Shown: in pieces, positions 10,566 to 20,762 of the stretch
How the letters are laid out: every line of letters starts with the position of its first letter
How positions within the stretch are numbered: position 1 is the first letter of the stretch
UHGV virus genome: UHGV-0137059
Length of the DNA stretch: 27,918 nucleotides
From: a virus
Direction: 5' to 3' (one strand)
Translations under genes and position numbers: made by a program
Notes under the pieces: model-generated
The model's input: the letters and a program-made list of their open reading frames with translations, nothing else
Told to the model about the DNA's origin: nothing
The model's database searches: none

Positions 10566-11096
10566 TCACACCATTCCGGGCAAATACATTTGCACTTCAT
10601 TTGCCGCTCTCTCACGTGCAACATGAAGCAATCTTTTTCGCCCACCAACGCCCCACTTAGCCATTTGGCTTGCGCACTGGCTTATCGCTTTGGTTTCAGT
10701 ATTGATGATGTGATCGATTCTATTCAGACGGGACATTGCGCCAACGCCGAGACGGACAACCGTTTTGAAAACTTCATAAACTTCGATTTCAAATTCCGGC
10801 TTAATCCATGCTGCATATCTGATTGCCAGAAGTTCAACCCCCCACACACCTGGTTCTGCACCACCTTTGATTATTTTAAGTGGTTGAATTTGTTCCAAAG
10901 TGCTTTTTTGCACTTTGGCCTTCAGTGCTTTTATGAAGCGTTTTATCTGCGCGCTACGCAAAAACTGGCTTGGGCGCTGTTGCTCTGTAGCCTCTTCATT
11001 TGCAACTGCTGCTGCATGGAGATCGTTTAAGTTGTAGCGTCCATCCTCATCAACACGAACGGACACACCATTGACAATAACTGTTGGGTACTTCAT
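10566..11096 (-). CDS. KilA-N domain protein (176 aa)
   Basis: N-terminal VIVNGVSVRVDEDGRYNLNDLHAAA resembles the KilA-N/APSES DNA-binding motif; family assignment from recall only. Confidence 0.55.
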   Translation of the reverse strand: MKYPTVIVNGVSVRVDEDGRYNLNDLHAAAVANEEATEQQRPSQFLRSAQIKRFIKALKAKVQKSTLEQIQPLKIIKGGAEPGVWGVELLAIRYAAWIKPEFEIEVYEVFKTVVRLGVGAMSRLNRIDHIINTETKAISQCASQMAKWGVGGRKRLLHVARERAANEVQMYLPGMV

Positions 11097-11239
11097 CAGT
11101 GATTACCTTTTAGTGATGAACCTTGTCACACAGGATTCCGGCCCACAGAAAGGCACCGATCACCAAACCGGCATCCTCAAGGGTCATCCTGAAAGGTTCT
11201 GTGTTCAGAAGTCGCGCGTGTGAAGCGCGTTTGTTGCAG

Positions 11240-11267
11240 ATATAAAAAAGCCCCGCGAATGCGAGGC
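11240..11267 (-). terminator. Putative rho-independent terminator downstream of Rz
   Basis: Minus-strand GCCUCGC-AUUC-GCGGGGC hairpin (one G.U pair) followed by TTTTTTATAT. Confidence 0.5.
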
Positions 11268-11442
11268 TAAATCCTGGTGTTTGTAATGAACTGGCTCTTA
11301 TCTCAACGCAGCCCCTTACTGCGCGCCAGATGCTCAACTTCAAGCATCAGCAATGAGATGTTTAATCTGGATTCACTCCAGAAGTGATCACCACCCTGTC
11401 TACAGAGCCAGATGTGAAGGATGATGAGTAAAATTATCGCTA

Positions 11443-11910
11443 TCATCGAAGGCATTGCGTCCTGATGTATTCCTGAAGCGTTCTCAGTGCTGTTTGGTCG
11501 CGGATAATTCCGTCCCGGATACCGAGAACGTTTCGTCCAGCAACTGGAGAGAGTTCGACGGTGGCATCATTGCCCATGCCGGAGGCGCTGGAGGTTTCGG
11601 CTGAGGATGGCACAGGGCATTTTCCTTTGACGAACACCCGACCACCATTATCAAGCTTGCGCCGAAGAGCATCATTTTCAGCTTTCGCATCAGCTAACTC
11701 CTTCGTGTATTTAGCATCGAGTGCATCAGCAGCACGCTGGCGTTGCTGCATGTCAGTAATGGTGGCGGTCGCCTGCTTCAGCTCACTGACTTTTTTATCA
11801 CGCTGTTCTTTGTAGGCGATGGCGTTATCACGGTAATGATTGACCGCCCACGACAGGCAGACGATGATGCAGATAACCAGAGCGGAGATAATCGCGGTTA
11901 CTCTGTTCAT
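11443..11910 (-). CDS. Rz: i-spanin Rz (155 aa)
   Basis: [31 protein letters not shown]... very close to recalled lambda Rz. Confidence 0.9.
   Translation of the reverse strand: MNRVTAIISALVICIIVCLSWAVNHYRDNAIAYKEQRDKKVSELKQATATITDMQQRQRAADALDAKYTKELADAKAENDALRRKLDNGGRVFVKGKCPVPSSAETSSASGMGNDATVELSPVAGRNVLGIRDGIIRDQTALRTLQEYIRTQCLR
11484..11690 (-). CDS. Rz1: o-spanin Rz1 lipoprotein, embedded in Rz in the +1 frame
   Basis: KLKMML...VVGCSS lipobox followed by proline-rich [11 protein letters not shown], as in lambda Rz1; exact start uncertain. Confidence 0.8.
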   Translation of the reverse strand: MRKLKMMLFGASLIMVVGCSSKENALCHPQPKPPAPPAWAMMPPSNSLQLLDETFSVSGTELSATKQH

Positions 11911-12383
11911 ACCTCAATCTCTCTGATCGTTCCACCCGCTTCTTTGAATTTTGCAATCAGGCTGTCAGCCTTATGCTCGAACTGACCATAACCAGCGCCC
12001 GGCAGTGAAGCCCAGATATTACTGCAACGGTCGATTGCCTGACGGATATCACCGCGATCAATCATCGGTAAAGCGCCACGCTCCTTAATCTGCTGCAGTG
12101 CAACAGCGTCCTGGCTTTTCGGAGAGAAGTCTTTCAGGCCAAGCTGCTTACGATAGGCATCCCACCAACGGGAAAGAAGTTGGTAACGTCCGGCCGCTGT
12201 TGATTTGAGTTTGGGGTTTAGCGTGACAAGTTTGCGAGGGTGATCGGAGTAATCAGTGAATAGCTCTCCGCCAACAATGACGTCATAACCATGATTTCTG
12301 GTTTTCTGTCGTCCGTTATCAGTTCCCTCTGACCACGCCAGCATATCGAGGAACGCCTTACGTTGATTATTGATTTCCACCAT
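11907..12383 (-). CDS. R: Endolysin R, lytic transglycosylase (158 aa)
   Basis: [39 protein letters not shown]... near-identical to recalled lambda R. Confidence 0.95.
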   Translation of the reverse strand: MVEINNQRKAFLDMLAWSEGTDNGRQKTRNHGYDVIVGGELFTDYSDHPRKLVTLNPKLKSTAAGRYQLLSRWWDAYRKQLGLKDFSPKSQDAVALQQIKERGALPMIDRGDIRQAIDRCSNIWASLPGAGYGQFEHKADSLIAKFKEAGGTIREIEV

Positions 12384-12690
12384 CTTCTACTCCGGCTTTT
12401 TTAGCAGCGAAGCGTTTGATAAGCGAACCAATCGAGTCAGTACCGATGTAGCCGATGAACACGCTCGTTATATAAGCGAGATTGCTACTTAGTCCGGCGA
12501 AGTCGAGAAGGTCACGAATGAACCAGGCGATAATGGCGCACATCGTTGCGTCGATTACTGTTTTTGTAAACGCACCGCCATTATATCTGCCGCGAAGGTA
12601 CGCCATTGCAAACGCAAGGATTGCCCCGATGCCTTGTTCCTTTGCCGCGAGAATGGCGGCTAACAGGTCATGTTTTTCTGGCATCTTCAT
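12367..12690 (-). CDS. S: Holin/antiholin S (107 aa, dual-start motif Met1-Lys-Met3)
   Basis: [39 protein letters not shown]... matches recalled lambda S. Confidence 0.95.
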   Translation of the reverse strand: MKMPEKHDLLAAILAAKEQGIGAILAFAMAYLRGRYNGGAFTKTVIDATMCAIIAWFIRDLLDFAGLSSNLAYITSVFIGYIGTDSIGSLIKRFAAKKAGVEDGGNQ

Positions 12691-12980
12691 GTCTTACCCC
12701 CAATAAGGGGATTTGCTCTATTTAATTAGGAATAAGGTCGGTTACTGATAGAACAAATCCAGGCTACTGTGTTTAGTAATCAGATTTGTTCGTGACCGAT
12801 ATGCACGGGCAAAACGGCAGGGGGTTGTTAGCGCAACCTCATGCCACCCGCTTTCACGAAGCCAGCCATTGCGCTGGTTTTCTTTTATGCAAAGCACACC
12901 GCACCGTAGCCACAGCGGATAAGGTGATTATTTTTGTCTGTCTGGTATTTGGTTTGATGTGCTTTCAGAAAGGTCGTGAT

Positions 12981-13085
12981 TAAAACGCAAAAAGCCCCGA
13001 GCTATTAACTCAGGGCTTTATTTAACGAGTGCATTTATCCATCGTTGGGTCAAATTTACCCAACTTTATTCAAAAAGTCAATATC
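12981..13085 (-). promoter_or_regulatory. Late promoter pR' (-35 TTGACT, -10 TAAATT), qut region and tR' terminator of the short 6S-like transcript
   Basis: Minus strand reads TTGACTTTTTGAATAAAGTTGGGTAAATTTGACCCAACGATGG..., close to recalled lambda pR'; hairpin AGCCCTGAG...CTCGGGGCT followed by TTTTTGCGTTTTA at 12981-13017. Confidence 0.8.
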
Positions 13086-13123
13086 ATGCCGTAAAGATGT
13101 TGCCATCCGTGGCAATCATGCTG

Positions 13124-13747
13124 CTAACGTGTGACCGCATTCAAAATGTTGTCTGCGATTGACTCTTCTTTGTGGCATTGCACCACCAGAGCGTCATACA
13201 GCGGCTTAACAGTGCGTGACCAGGTTGGTTGGGTAAGATTTGGGATTAGCATCGTCACAGCGCGATATGCGGCGCTTGCTGGCATCCTTGAATAGCCGAC
13301 ACCTTTGCATCTTCCGCACTCTTTCTCAACAACTCTCCCCCACTGCTCTGTTTTTGCTATATCAACCGCACGGCCTGTACCGTGGCAATCTCTGCATCTT
13401 GCGCCCGGCGTCGCGGCACTACGGCAATAATCCGCATAAGCGAATGTTGCGAGCACTTGCAGTACCTTTGCCTTAGTATTTCCTTCAAGCTTTGCCACAC
13501 CACGGTATTTCCCCGATACCTTGTGTGCAAATTGCATCAGATAGTTGATAGCCTTTTGTTTGTCGTTCTGGCTGAGTTCATGCTTACCGCAGAATGCAGC
13601 CATTCCGAATCCGGCTTGTGATTGCGCCATCCCCATAGCAGCCATCACATCAGTACCGGAAAGAGAGTCAGAAGCCGTAGCCCGTGGTGAGTCGCTCATC
13701 ATCGGGCTTTTTGGCGAATGAAATTTAGCTACACTTTCGAGTCTCAT
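13124..13747 (-). CDS. Q: Late-gene antiterminator Q (207 aa)
   Basis: MRLESVAKFHSPKSPMMSDSPRATASDSLSGTDVMAAMGMAQ... matches recalled lambda Q over its full length. Confidence 0.95.
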   Translation of the reverse strand: MRLESVAKFHSPKSPMMSDSPRATASDSLSGTDVMAAMGMAQSQAGFGMAAFCGKHELSQNDKQKAINYLMQFAHKVSGKYRGVAKLEGNTKAKVLQVLATFAYADYCRSAATPGARCRDCHGTGRAVDIAKTEQWGRVVEKECGRCKGVGYSRMPASAAYRAVTMLIPNLTQPTWSRTVKPLYDALVVQCHKEESIADNILNAVTR

Positions 13748-13932
13748 GGTCTACCCCTCTTGCCCTGTTTGACCATCAGGACGCCGTTAACTATTACGTG
13801 ACGCTCACCTTTGCTGTCTCGGTTGTACTTGAGCACTGTTCCTCTTGCACAGGAAAGCATCCTCGCCACCTCGGTCTGATTGCCTCGTGTCTGGATAAGA
13901 AGCTCTGGTATCGTTTGAATTGTGGCGTTCAT
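13744..13932 (-). CDS. ninH: NinH-like protein (62 aa)
   Basis: TIPELLIQTRGNQTEVARMLSCARGTVLKY resembles lambda NinH; directly upstream of Q. Confidence 0.75.
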   Translation of the reverse strand: MNATIQTIPELLIQTRGNQTEVARMLSCARGTVLKYNRDSKGERHVIVNGVLMVKQGKRGRP

Positions 13933-14291
13933 GCGTTCTCCAGTTCGGTGATTTTTATTCCAAGCCGTCCGCCTGGTACTTTCACACCACGAATTACGCG
14001 AATGTCATCGAATTGCTCGTCGTCTTCCGCAAATCCGGCGTGGATAAGGGAATCGAGTAAACCTTTCAGGATGTTATCGAGGTCGCGGCGGCGGGAGTCT
14101 GGAACGTCTGCGATGACTTTGATGCGGAGTCGTGATTTGGTGAAAATGTCTAACTTGAGTTGGCGGATGATTTGCTGAACGTCTTTTCGGTATTTCTGGC
14201 CTTTATCGCTGATGTAGTATTGGCTTCCCCGTCTTCGCCAGTAGGTGTTCACCGACGGCGGGTATGGAAGCACAAACTGATATTCGTTCAT
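13929..14291 (-). CDS. rusA: RusA Holliday-junction resolvase (120 aa)
   Basis: 120 aa with PDSRRRDLDNILKGLLDSLIHAGF, the RusA catalytic-region signature (DxRRRDLDN). Confidence 0.9.
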   Translation of the reverse strand: MNEYQFVLPYPPSVNTYWRRRGSQYYISDKGQKYRKDVQQIIRQLKLDIFTKSRLRIKVIADVPDSRRRDLDNILKGLLDSLIHAGFAEDDEQFDDIRVIRGVKVPGGRLGIKITELENA

Positions 14292-14578
14292 GGCTTAATC
14301 TTCCCCTCCTTCAGCAGTATCGCCTGCGTCCTGATCACGCCTTCCAGGTGGTAAAGTCTGGCGTCTTTGTTGTCGAGGTTATGGGTGCGTCGGTCGATTT
14401 CATCGTGACACGCGCTACAAGCCCATGCGCCGATCAGGTCGTCAGGTTTCATTCCCGTTCCGCAAATTCCAGCCATCCGGTAATGTGCCAGAACTGTAGT
14501 TTCAGGGTTGCCATTGCATACGCCGTAAATACGTACCTGGCATTCTCTGCCGCGTGCTTCTTTGCGTAGGTTAGCCAT
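14288..14578 (-). CDS. Cys-rich nin-region protein, DUF1364/YbcO-like (96 aa)
   Basis: 96 aa with multiple Cys and His (C..C..C..C..CSACHDE); placement next to rusA mirrors ybcO-rusA in DLP12 (recall). Confidence 0.6.
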   Translation of the reverse strand: MANLRKEARGRECQVRIYGVCNGNPETTVLAHYRMAGICGTGMKPDDLIGAWACSACHDEIDRRTHNLDNKDARLYHLEGVIRTQAILLKEGKIKP

Positions 14579-15300
14579 TAAGCAGCCTCCCCGGTTACTT
14601 TCAGCATTCCGTTATCGAGCAGCTTTCTGGTCAGCCACTGTTGACCACGCCCGGTGATTTTTGTGGTGAACGATATCTGTATTCCGTGATTTGTGTTGAC
14701 CGCTGTTTCTTTCACTGTGAAATAGCCGCGATCCATATATTCCTGCATTGGCACATTGCGCCGGGAACCTGAAGCAATAAGGATTTTGTGATCGCGCATC
14801 CACGCAAACAGTTTGTTTGGACCAATACCAACAACCTTTGCAAAGTTTCCAATCAAAATTCCGCTGGCCTCGCCAACGCGATCGGCAAACTCAACTTTAG
14901 GTGCGGCAATTGCGAGCTGGTTTTCCAGTTGCATTTTCTGCTCAGCAAGATCAGCAGCAAGGCGCAACGCTTCCGGTAACGTTTTTGGGATATTAACCGC
15001 AGTTTCTTCAAGCTCTCGCCAACGGTCAACAAGACGAGCGGTGAACTCTGGCGACAACTGGGCAACAACGACAATACTGTCTCGCTTACCTTGTTCGCCC
15101 TCGAAGACGTAATGCTCGTACTGAACACTGAACCCTAAGTTATTGATTCTTTCGGAAACCTCAATTTGAGGAAGCCGGATAACACCATTTTTAGCCAGCG
15201 TTTCGATGGTACGTTTCACATTGTCATGACGCTTACCCACCAACTCAGCGATTTCAATGCTTGTCATTTTGATGGCATTGCCATTTATTAACTCATTCAT
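14578..15300 (-). CDS. Rha-family regulatory protein with C-terminal KilAC/antirepressor-like domain (240 aa)
   Basis: N-terminal MTSIEIAELVGKRHDNVKRTIETL resembles the Rha family signature; C-terminal half resembles KilAC/ANT domain. Confidence 0.7.
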   Translation of the reverse strand: MNELINGNAIKMTSIEIAELVGKRHDNVKRTIETLAKNGVIRLPQIEVSERINNLGFSVQYEHYVFEGEQGKRDSIVVVAQLSPEFTARLVDRWRELEETAVNIPKTLPEALRLAADLAEQKMQLENQLAIAAPKVEFADRVGEASGILIGNFAKVVGIGPNKLFAWMRDHKILIASGSRRNVPMQEYMDRGYFTVKETAVNTNHGIQISFTTKITGRGQQWLTRKLLDNGMLKVTGEAA

Positions 15301-15469
15301 CGTCTTCTTCCTCGTACATTGAGCTATTCGGATCGCTCATCAGCTCTGCGCAGCAATCGGAGCATACGTGAACTTCCAGCACATGCAGTTTCTGACCGCA
15401 GTTAGCGCACGTTAAAGCTCGCTCGACGCTTTCTTTCTGGTATTGAAGGGATTGGGATGGGCTAAGCAT
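15293..15469 (-). CDS. ninF: NinF (58 aa from internal ATG at 15469)
   Basis: MLSPSQSLQYQKESVERALTCANCGQKLHVLEVHVC... matches recalled lambda NinF. Confidence 0.8.
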   Translation of the reverse strand: MLSPSQSLQYQKESVERALTCANCGQKLHVLEVHVCSDCCAELMSDPNSSMYEEEDDE

Positions 15470-15863
15470 GGCTTTCACCATTAAAAAGTCGCTTGTAAGC
15501 ATCAATGTCTCGTTTTGCTTCACCAAGCTTTCGTCTTAATTCCATGTTTTCTGATTCAAGCTTTTCCATGTCTTGTTGGTATCGATCGCGGTGTTCTTTC
15601 CATGCTTTTCGATACGCCTTCATGTATGTCGTATTGGCCTTTCTCTTTGCCTGACGAACTGCGTGGTGGTTTTTCACAAACCAGTCAGGGTCGTTAAATG
15701 CTGCTCTGGCGCATGTATACCAATAATTTGTTGCCTCCCTGTTTAGCCAATAAATACTGATAAATGGCAACTGTATCGACACCATTTTTCGTTGAGACTC
15801 TTTCTCGCCAAACATGTGCCCTTTTTTGATGCTAAGGCCAAATCCAGGTTGAATTAAAAGCAT
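15462..15863 (-). CDS. Hypothetical nin-region protein (133 aa), basic helical C-terminus
   Basis: ATG at 15863 preceded by GAGGAA ribosome-binding site; not recognised. Confidence 0.6.
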   Translation of the reverse strand: MLLIQPGFGLSIKKGHMFGEKESQRKMVSIQLPFISIYWLNREATNYWYTCARAAFNDPDWFVKNHHAVRQAKRKANTTYMKAYRKAWKEHRDRYQQDMEKLESENMELRRKLGEAKRDIDAYKRLFNGESHA

Positions 15864-16038
15864 TGTTATTTCCTCGCACGATGTCTAAGCCACCGGATAT
15901 CCCACAGGTGAGCCGTGTAGTTGAAGGTTTTTACGTCAGATTCTTTTGGGATTGGCTTGCGTTTATTTCTGGAGCGTTTCGTTGGAAGGTATTTGCAGTT
16001 TTCGCAGATGATGTCGGTGAAACTTCGTCGCTGTCGCC

Positions 16039-16566
16039 TCATGCCGCCCTCCTGACGCCCTGCCCGATCGCCATCAATGCCGCTTTGGATACGGTAGTAA
16101 ACATCCGTCTAGGACTGATGAACGGTCGCCAAATCAGCAGCATGGAGCCTTTGCTGTTTCCCTTCTTCTCCAGCCCTGTCGATGGTTCGATAAAATTAAT
16201 CCGTCCATCAGTGATAATGCGAACTTCGTCAACACTCTCCAGAGCCTTGCTGAACCATCCGACAGACATATCCTCTGGCACAAGCATCACTACCGTCTGG
16301 CGCTGTTGTATGCACTGCTCAGCGGCTTTTTCCACCCACGGCCTGATATTGCTGTACGGTGGGTTATTCCAGATTGCACCGTGGCTTATCCACTCAGAAT
16401 TTAGCGCGTCGTCAGCCTCAGTTAGCCAGTGAGCGCACAGAGCATTTTTGTCGCTCGCTGCCGAATCCAGCCAGAATCCAAACTCAATATCCAGTGCATC
16501 AAAAAGCCAAAGCGGCGTTTGCCAGCAGTCCTTGTCGTGTGCTGGCGTATTTGATTTGATAGTCAT
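16039..16566 (-). CDS. Orphan phage DNA N6-adenine methyltransferase, Dam-like (175 aa from ATG at 16566)
   Basis: NPPY catalytic motif ([14 protein letters not shown]) and [13 protein letters not shown]-terminal block typical of phage Dam family; ATGA overlap with ninB stop. Confidence 0.8.
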   Translation of the reverse strand: MTIKSNTPAHDKDCWQTPLWLFDALDIEFGFWLDSAASDKNALCAHWLTEADDALNSEWISHGAIWNNPPYSNIRPWVEKAAEQCIQQRQTVVMLVPEDMSVGWFSKALESVDEVRIITDGRINFIEPSTGLEKKGNSKGSMLLIWRPFISPRRMFTTVSKAALMAIGQGVRRAA

Positions 16567-17003
16567 GCAGCCCGATCTCCCCATCTCGCTTTCCACTCCA
16601 GAGCCAGTCTCGCTTCGTCTGACCACTTAACGCCACGCTCTGTACCGAATGCCTGTATAAGCTCTAATAGCTCCGCAAATTCGCCTACACGCATCCTGCT
16701 GGTTGACTGGCCTATTACCACAAAGCCATTCCCGGCAAGGTTAGGAACAACATCCTGCTGCTTTAATGCTGCGGTAAACACACACTTCCAGCTTTCTGCA
16801 TCCAGCCAGCGACCATGCCATTCAACCTGACGAGAGACGTCACCAAGGCAAGCCCAAAGCTTTCGATTCTGGTCTAAGCTGCGGTTGCGTTCCTGAATGG
16901 TTACTACGATTGGTTTGGTTGGGTCTGGAAGGATTTGCTGGATAGCTTGAATGGCGTTTTGCTGATGTGCTGGAGATCGAATTTCAAAGGTTAGTTTTTT
17001 CAT
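16563..17003 (-). CDS. ninB: NinB recombination protein (146 aa from ATG at 17003)
   Basis: MKKLTFEIRSPAHQQNAIQAIQQILPDPTKPIVVTIQERNRSLDQNRKLWACLGDV... matches recalled lambda NinB; strong GGGGGAGAGGGAAG ribosome-binding site. Confidence 0.9.
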   Translation of the reverse strand: MKKLTFEIRSPAHQQNAIQAIQQILPDPTKPIVVTIQERNRSLDQNRKLWACLGDVSRQVEWHGRWLDAESWKCVFTAALKQQDVVPNLAGNGFVVIGQSTSRMRVGEFAELLELIQAFGTERGVKWSDEARLALEWKARWGDRAA

Positions 17004-17020
17004 GACTTCCCTCTCCCCCA

Positions 17021-17051
17021 AATAAAAAGGCCTGCGATTACCAGCAGGCCT
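17021..17051 (-). terminator. tR2-like rho-independent terminator between ren and ninB
   Basis: Perfect 8-bp stem AGGCCTGC/GCAGGCCT with 8-nt loop, followed on the minus strand by TTTTTATTT. Confidence 0.75.
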
Positions 17052-17076
17052 GTTATTAGCTCAGTGATGTAGATGG

Positions 17077-17367
17077 TCATCTTTTAACTCCATATACTGC
17101 CAATACCCGTTTCATCGCGGCACTCTGGCGACACTCCTTAAAAATCAGGTTCGTGCTCATCTTTCCTTCCCGTTCTTCCTTGGTAGCAAACCGATAATAC
17201 ACCGTTCGCCAGACCTTACCTTCGATAACCAGAAGACCTGCCCGTGCCATTTTAGCCGCGGCCTGATTTATGCTGGTTACTGTTGCGCCTGTTAGCGCGG
17301 CAACGTCCGGCGCACAGAAGCTCTTGTGCGTCTCCAGATAATGAATAATTGCCTCTTTGCCCGTCAT
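17077..17367 (-). CDS. ren: Ren (96 aa)
   Basis: MTGKEAIIHYLETHKSFCAPDVAALTGATVTSINQAAAKMARAG... matches recalled lambda Ren. Confidence 0.9.
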   Translation of the reverse strand: MTGKEAIIHYLETHKSFCAPDVAALTGATVTSINQAAAKMARAGLLVIEGKVWRTVYYRFATKEEREGKMSTNLIFKECRQSAAMKRVLAVYGVKR

Positions 17368-18065
17368 ACAGTTGCTCCTTTCAGTCCGAACTTCGCTTTG
17401 ATTTCTGCGATCTTCGCCAGAGCCTGAGCCCGGTTAAGTGGTCTACCGCCCATGACAGGAAGTTGTTTTACTGGTTCAGGTATAGCCTCACCACGGTTAA
17501 TTCGTGCGGTCATACAGGACAGTTCATCGGCAGCCTTGCGCCGTAATTCCGCGTCAGTCAACGCATTGGCCCGCATGTTCTGATACAGGTTGGTAACCAG
17601 CCAGTAGTGCGCGTTTGATTTCCACGGATAAGACTCTGCATCCGGATACAGCCCGCGCTTCCGGCAATACTCGTAAACCATATCAACCAGCTCGCTGGCG
17701 TTTGGCAGCCCGGCGGTAACGGATGCTTCTTCCCGGCACCAGGCGACAAACTGCCCGGGTGATGGCAGGAATGGTCGATTCTGCCGACGGGCTACGCGCA
17801 TTCCTGCGTTAACCTGTTCCATTGTGGTGATCCCGTTTTCCCGGAAAGCCAGAACCCACTGGCGGCGGATTTCGTTCAGTTCGTTCTGGTCACGGTTAGC
17901 CAGACTCGCCGGGAAAGTTGCCAGTAACTGGCTGAACACACCGTTGATGATCTGCGCTACCTGCTGTACCTGCGGCTTTTCGTCGTACTGTTCCGGCATG
18001 TTGTTGGCGATCCGACGCATCTGCTCACGGTCAAAGTTAACCATCTGTGCGGCGATGTTTTTCAT
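17364..18065 (-). CDS. P: Replication protein P, DnaB helicase loader (233 aa)
   Basis: MKNIAAQMVNFDREQMRRIANNMPEQYDEKPQ... matches recalled lambda P; same length. Confidence 0.95.
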   Translation of the reverse strand: MKNIAAQMVNFDREQMRRIANNMPEQYDEKPQVQQVAQIINGVFSQLLATFPASLANRDQNELNEIRRQWVLAFRENGITTMEQVNAGMRVARRQNRPFLPSPGQFVAWCREEASVTAGLPNASELVDMVYEYCRKRGLYPDAESYPWKSNAHYWLVTNLYQNMRANALTDAELRRKAADELSCMTARINRGEAIPEPVKQLPVMGGRPLNRAQALAKIAEIKAKFGLKGATV

Positions 18066-18961
18066 AGATCCACCCCGTAAATCCAGTCTGTGTTTGTCAG
18101 GTCGAGTTTTGGTTTGCTGGCTGTCACGACTGCCTGTTGCTTGTTACGGTTGATTTCGAGCTGGGTCCACTTGTCGCGGAGTTTGGCCGGACTAAGCACG
18201 TTACCGGACCAGAAGTTGTCCTGGCATGCCCAGCGGAACAGCACGCACATGTCGCGGTGGTTACGTCCGTCACGTTCACGCATCAGGCGGATATCGTTAG
18301 CCCACCCTGCAAAATTCGGTTTTCTGGCTGATGGCGCGATGGTCTTCACCATGTCAAACATCCACTCTGCGGCGGTCAGGTCTTCTGCTGTCCCCCACTT
18401 GCTGCCGCTCTGAATTGCAGCATCCGGTTTCACCACAGAAAGATCGTTTTCTGGCTGGTCAGAGGATTCGCCAGAATTCTCTGACGAATAATCTTTTCTT
18501 TTTTCTTTTGTAATAGTGTCTTTTGTGTCCCTCTGTTTTGAGGGATAGCAATCCCCCAATTTGAGGGATGTTTTATCCCTCGTTTTAGGGGATTTTCCCT
18601 CGTTTTGAGGGATACACCATTCTGAGATGTTTTTATTTGGTCCAAACATGCCGCCTTGCTGCTTGATAATATTCATTCTGACGAGTTCTAACTTGGCTTC
18701 ATTGCACCGTTTGACGGGTAACTTTGTAATCTCGCTAAGTTGAGAATCGGTGATTCTGTCCATTGGTTTATTCCACCCATAGGTTTTACGCAGAATGGCA
18801 AGCAGCACTTTAAACTGTCGCTTGGTCAGATCTGCGCCCGAATAAGCCTCAAGCAGCATATTTGATAGTCTGGCGTAACCATCATCGAGATCTGCCACAT
18901 TACGCTCCTGTCCGGCAAAGTTACCTCTGCCGAAGTTGAGTATTTTTGCTGTATTTGTCAT
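18062..18961 (-). CDS. O: Replication initiator O (299 aa)
   Basis: MTNTAKILNFGRGNFAGQERNVADLDDGYARLSNMLLEAY... matches recalled lambda O; iteron origin embedded. Confidence 0.95.
   Translation of the reverse strand: MTNTAKILNFGRGNFAGQERNVADLDDGYARLSNMLLEAYSGADLTKRQFKVLLAILRKTYGWNKPMDRITDSQLSEITKLPVKRCNEAKLELVRMNIIKQQGGMFGPNKNISEWCIPQNEGKSPKTRDKTSLKLGDCYPSKQRDTKDTITKEKRKDYSSENSGESSDQPENDLSVVKPDAAIQSGSKWGTAEDLTAAEWMFDMVKTIAPSARKPNFAGWANDIRLMRERDGRNHRDMCVLFRWACQDNFWSGNVLSPAKLRDKWTQLEINRNKQQAVVTASKPKLDLTNTDWIYGVDL
18480..18612 (-). other. Lambda-type replication origin inside O: four iterons plus adjacent AT-rich region
   Basis: Four roughly 18-bp inverted-repeat iterons of form TCCCTC(N6)GAGGGA at 18528-18545, 18552-18568, 18576-18592 and 18596-18612; AT-rich tract at 18480-18527. 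Confidence 0.85.
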
Positions 18962-18971
18962 AATGACTCCT

Positions 18972-19048
18972 GTTGATAGATCCAGTAATGACCTCAGAAC
19001 TCCATCTGGATTTGTTCAGAACGCTCGGTTGCCGCCGGGCGTTTTTTA
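18972..19048 (+). ncRNA. oop: oop antisense RNA overlapping the 3' end of cII, with its terminator
   Basis: Plus strand GTTGATAGATCCAGTAATGACCTCAGAACTCCATCTGGATTTGTTCAGAACGCTCGGTTGCCGCCGGGCGTTTTTTATT matches recalled lambda oop; terminator hairpin 19023-19040 plus T-run. Confidence 0.8.
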
Positions 19049-19287
19049 TTGGTGAGAATCGCAGCAACTTGTCGCGCCAATCGAGCCATGTCGTCGTCAA
19101 CGACCCCCCATTCAAGAACAGCAAGCAGCATTGAGAACTTTGGAATCCAGTCCCTCTTCCACCTGCTGATCTGCGACTTATCAACGCCCACAGCTTCCGC
19201 TGTCTTCTCAGTTCCAAGCATTGCGATTTTGTTAAGCAACGCACTCTCGATTCGTAGAGCCTCGTTGCGTTTGTTTGCACGAACCAT
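18994..19287 (-). CDS. cII: Transcriptional activator cII (97 aa from ATG at 19287)
   Basis: MVRANKRNEALRIESALLNKIAMLGTEKTAEAVGVDKSQISRWKRDWIPKF... matches recalled lambda cII. Confidence 0.95.
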   Translation of the reverse strand: MVRANKRNEALRIESALLNKIAMLGTEKTAEAVGVDKSQISRWKRDWIPKFSMLLAVLEWGVVDDDMARLARQVAAILTNKKRPAATERSEQIQMEF

Positions 19288-19366
19288 ATGTAAGTATTTC
19301 CTTAGATAACAATTGATTGAATGTATGCAAATAAATGCATACACCATAGGTGTGGTTTAATTTGAT

Positions 19367-19398
19367 GCCCTTTTTCAGGGCTGGGATGTGTAAGAGCG
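19367..19398 (-). promoter_or_regulatory. nutR (boxA CGCTCTTACA, boxB GCCCTGAAAAAGGGC); tR1 region lies just downstream toward cII
   Basis: Reverse complement of 19367-19398 gives lambda-type boxA and boxB hairpin between cro and cII. Confidence 0.8.
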
Positions 19399-19406
19399 GG
19401 AATGTC

Positions 19407-20762
<1,356 letters not shown>

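Noticed and set aside
11110-11343. 77-aa minus-strand ORF after Rz
   Set aside because: Tabulated start codon is TTG, first in-frame ATG leaves only about 25 codons, and the region contains a terminator hairpin; more likely non-coding.
12786-12983. 65-aa plus-strand ORF between tR' and S
   Set aside because: Falls in the untranslated late leader that matches the lambda tR'-S interval; antisense to the late transcript.
15863-16432. 189-aa plus-strand ORF
   Set aside because: Antisense to the Dam methyltransferase and the 133-aa nin gene, both of which have better start contexts and fit the operon structure.
18921-19280. 119-aa minus-strand ORF overlapping cII in another frame
   Set aside because: cII in the other frame matches lambda cII; this overlapping frame is spurious.
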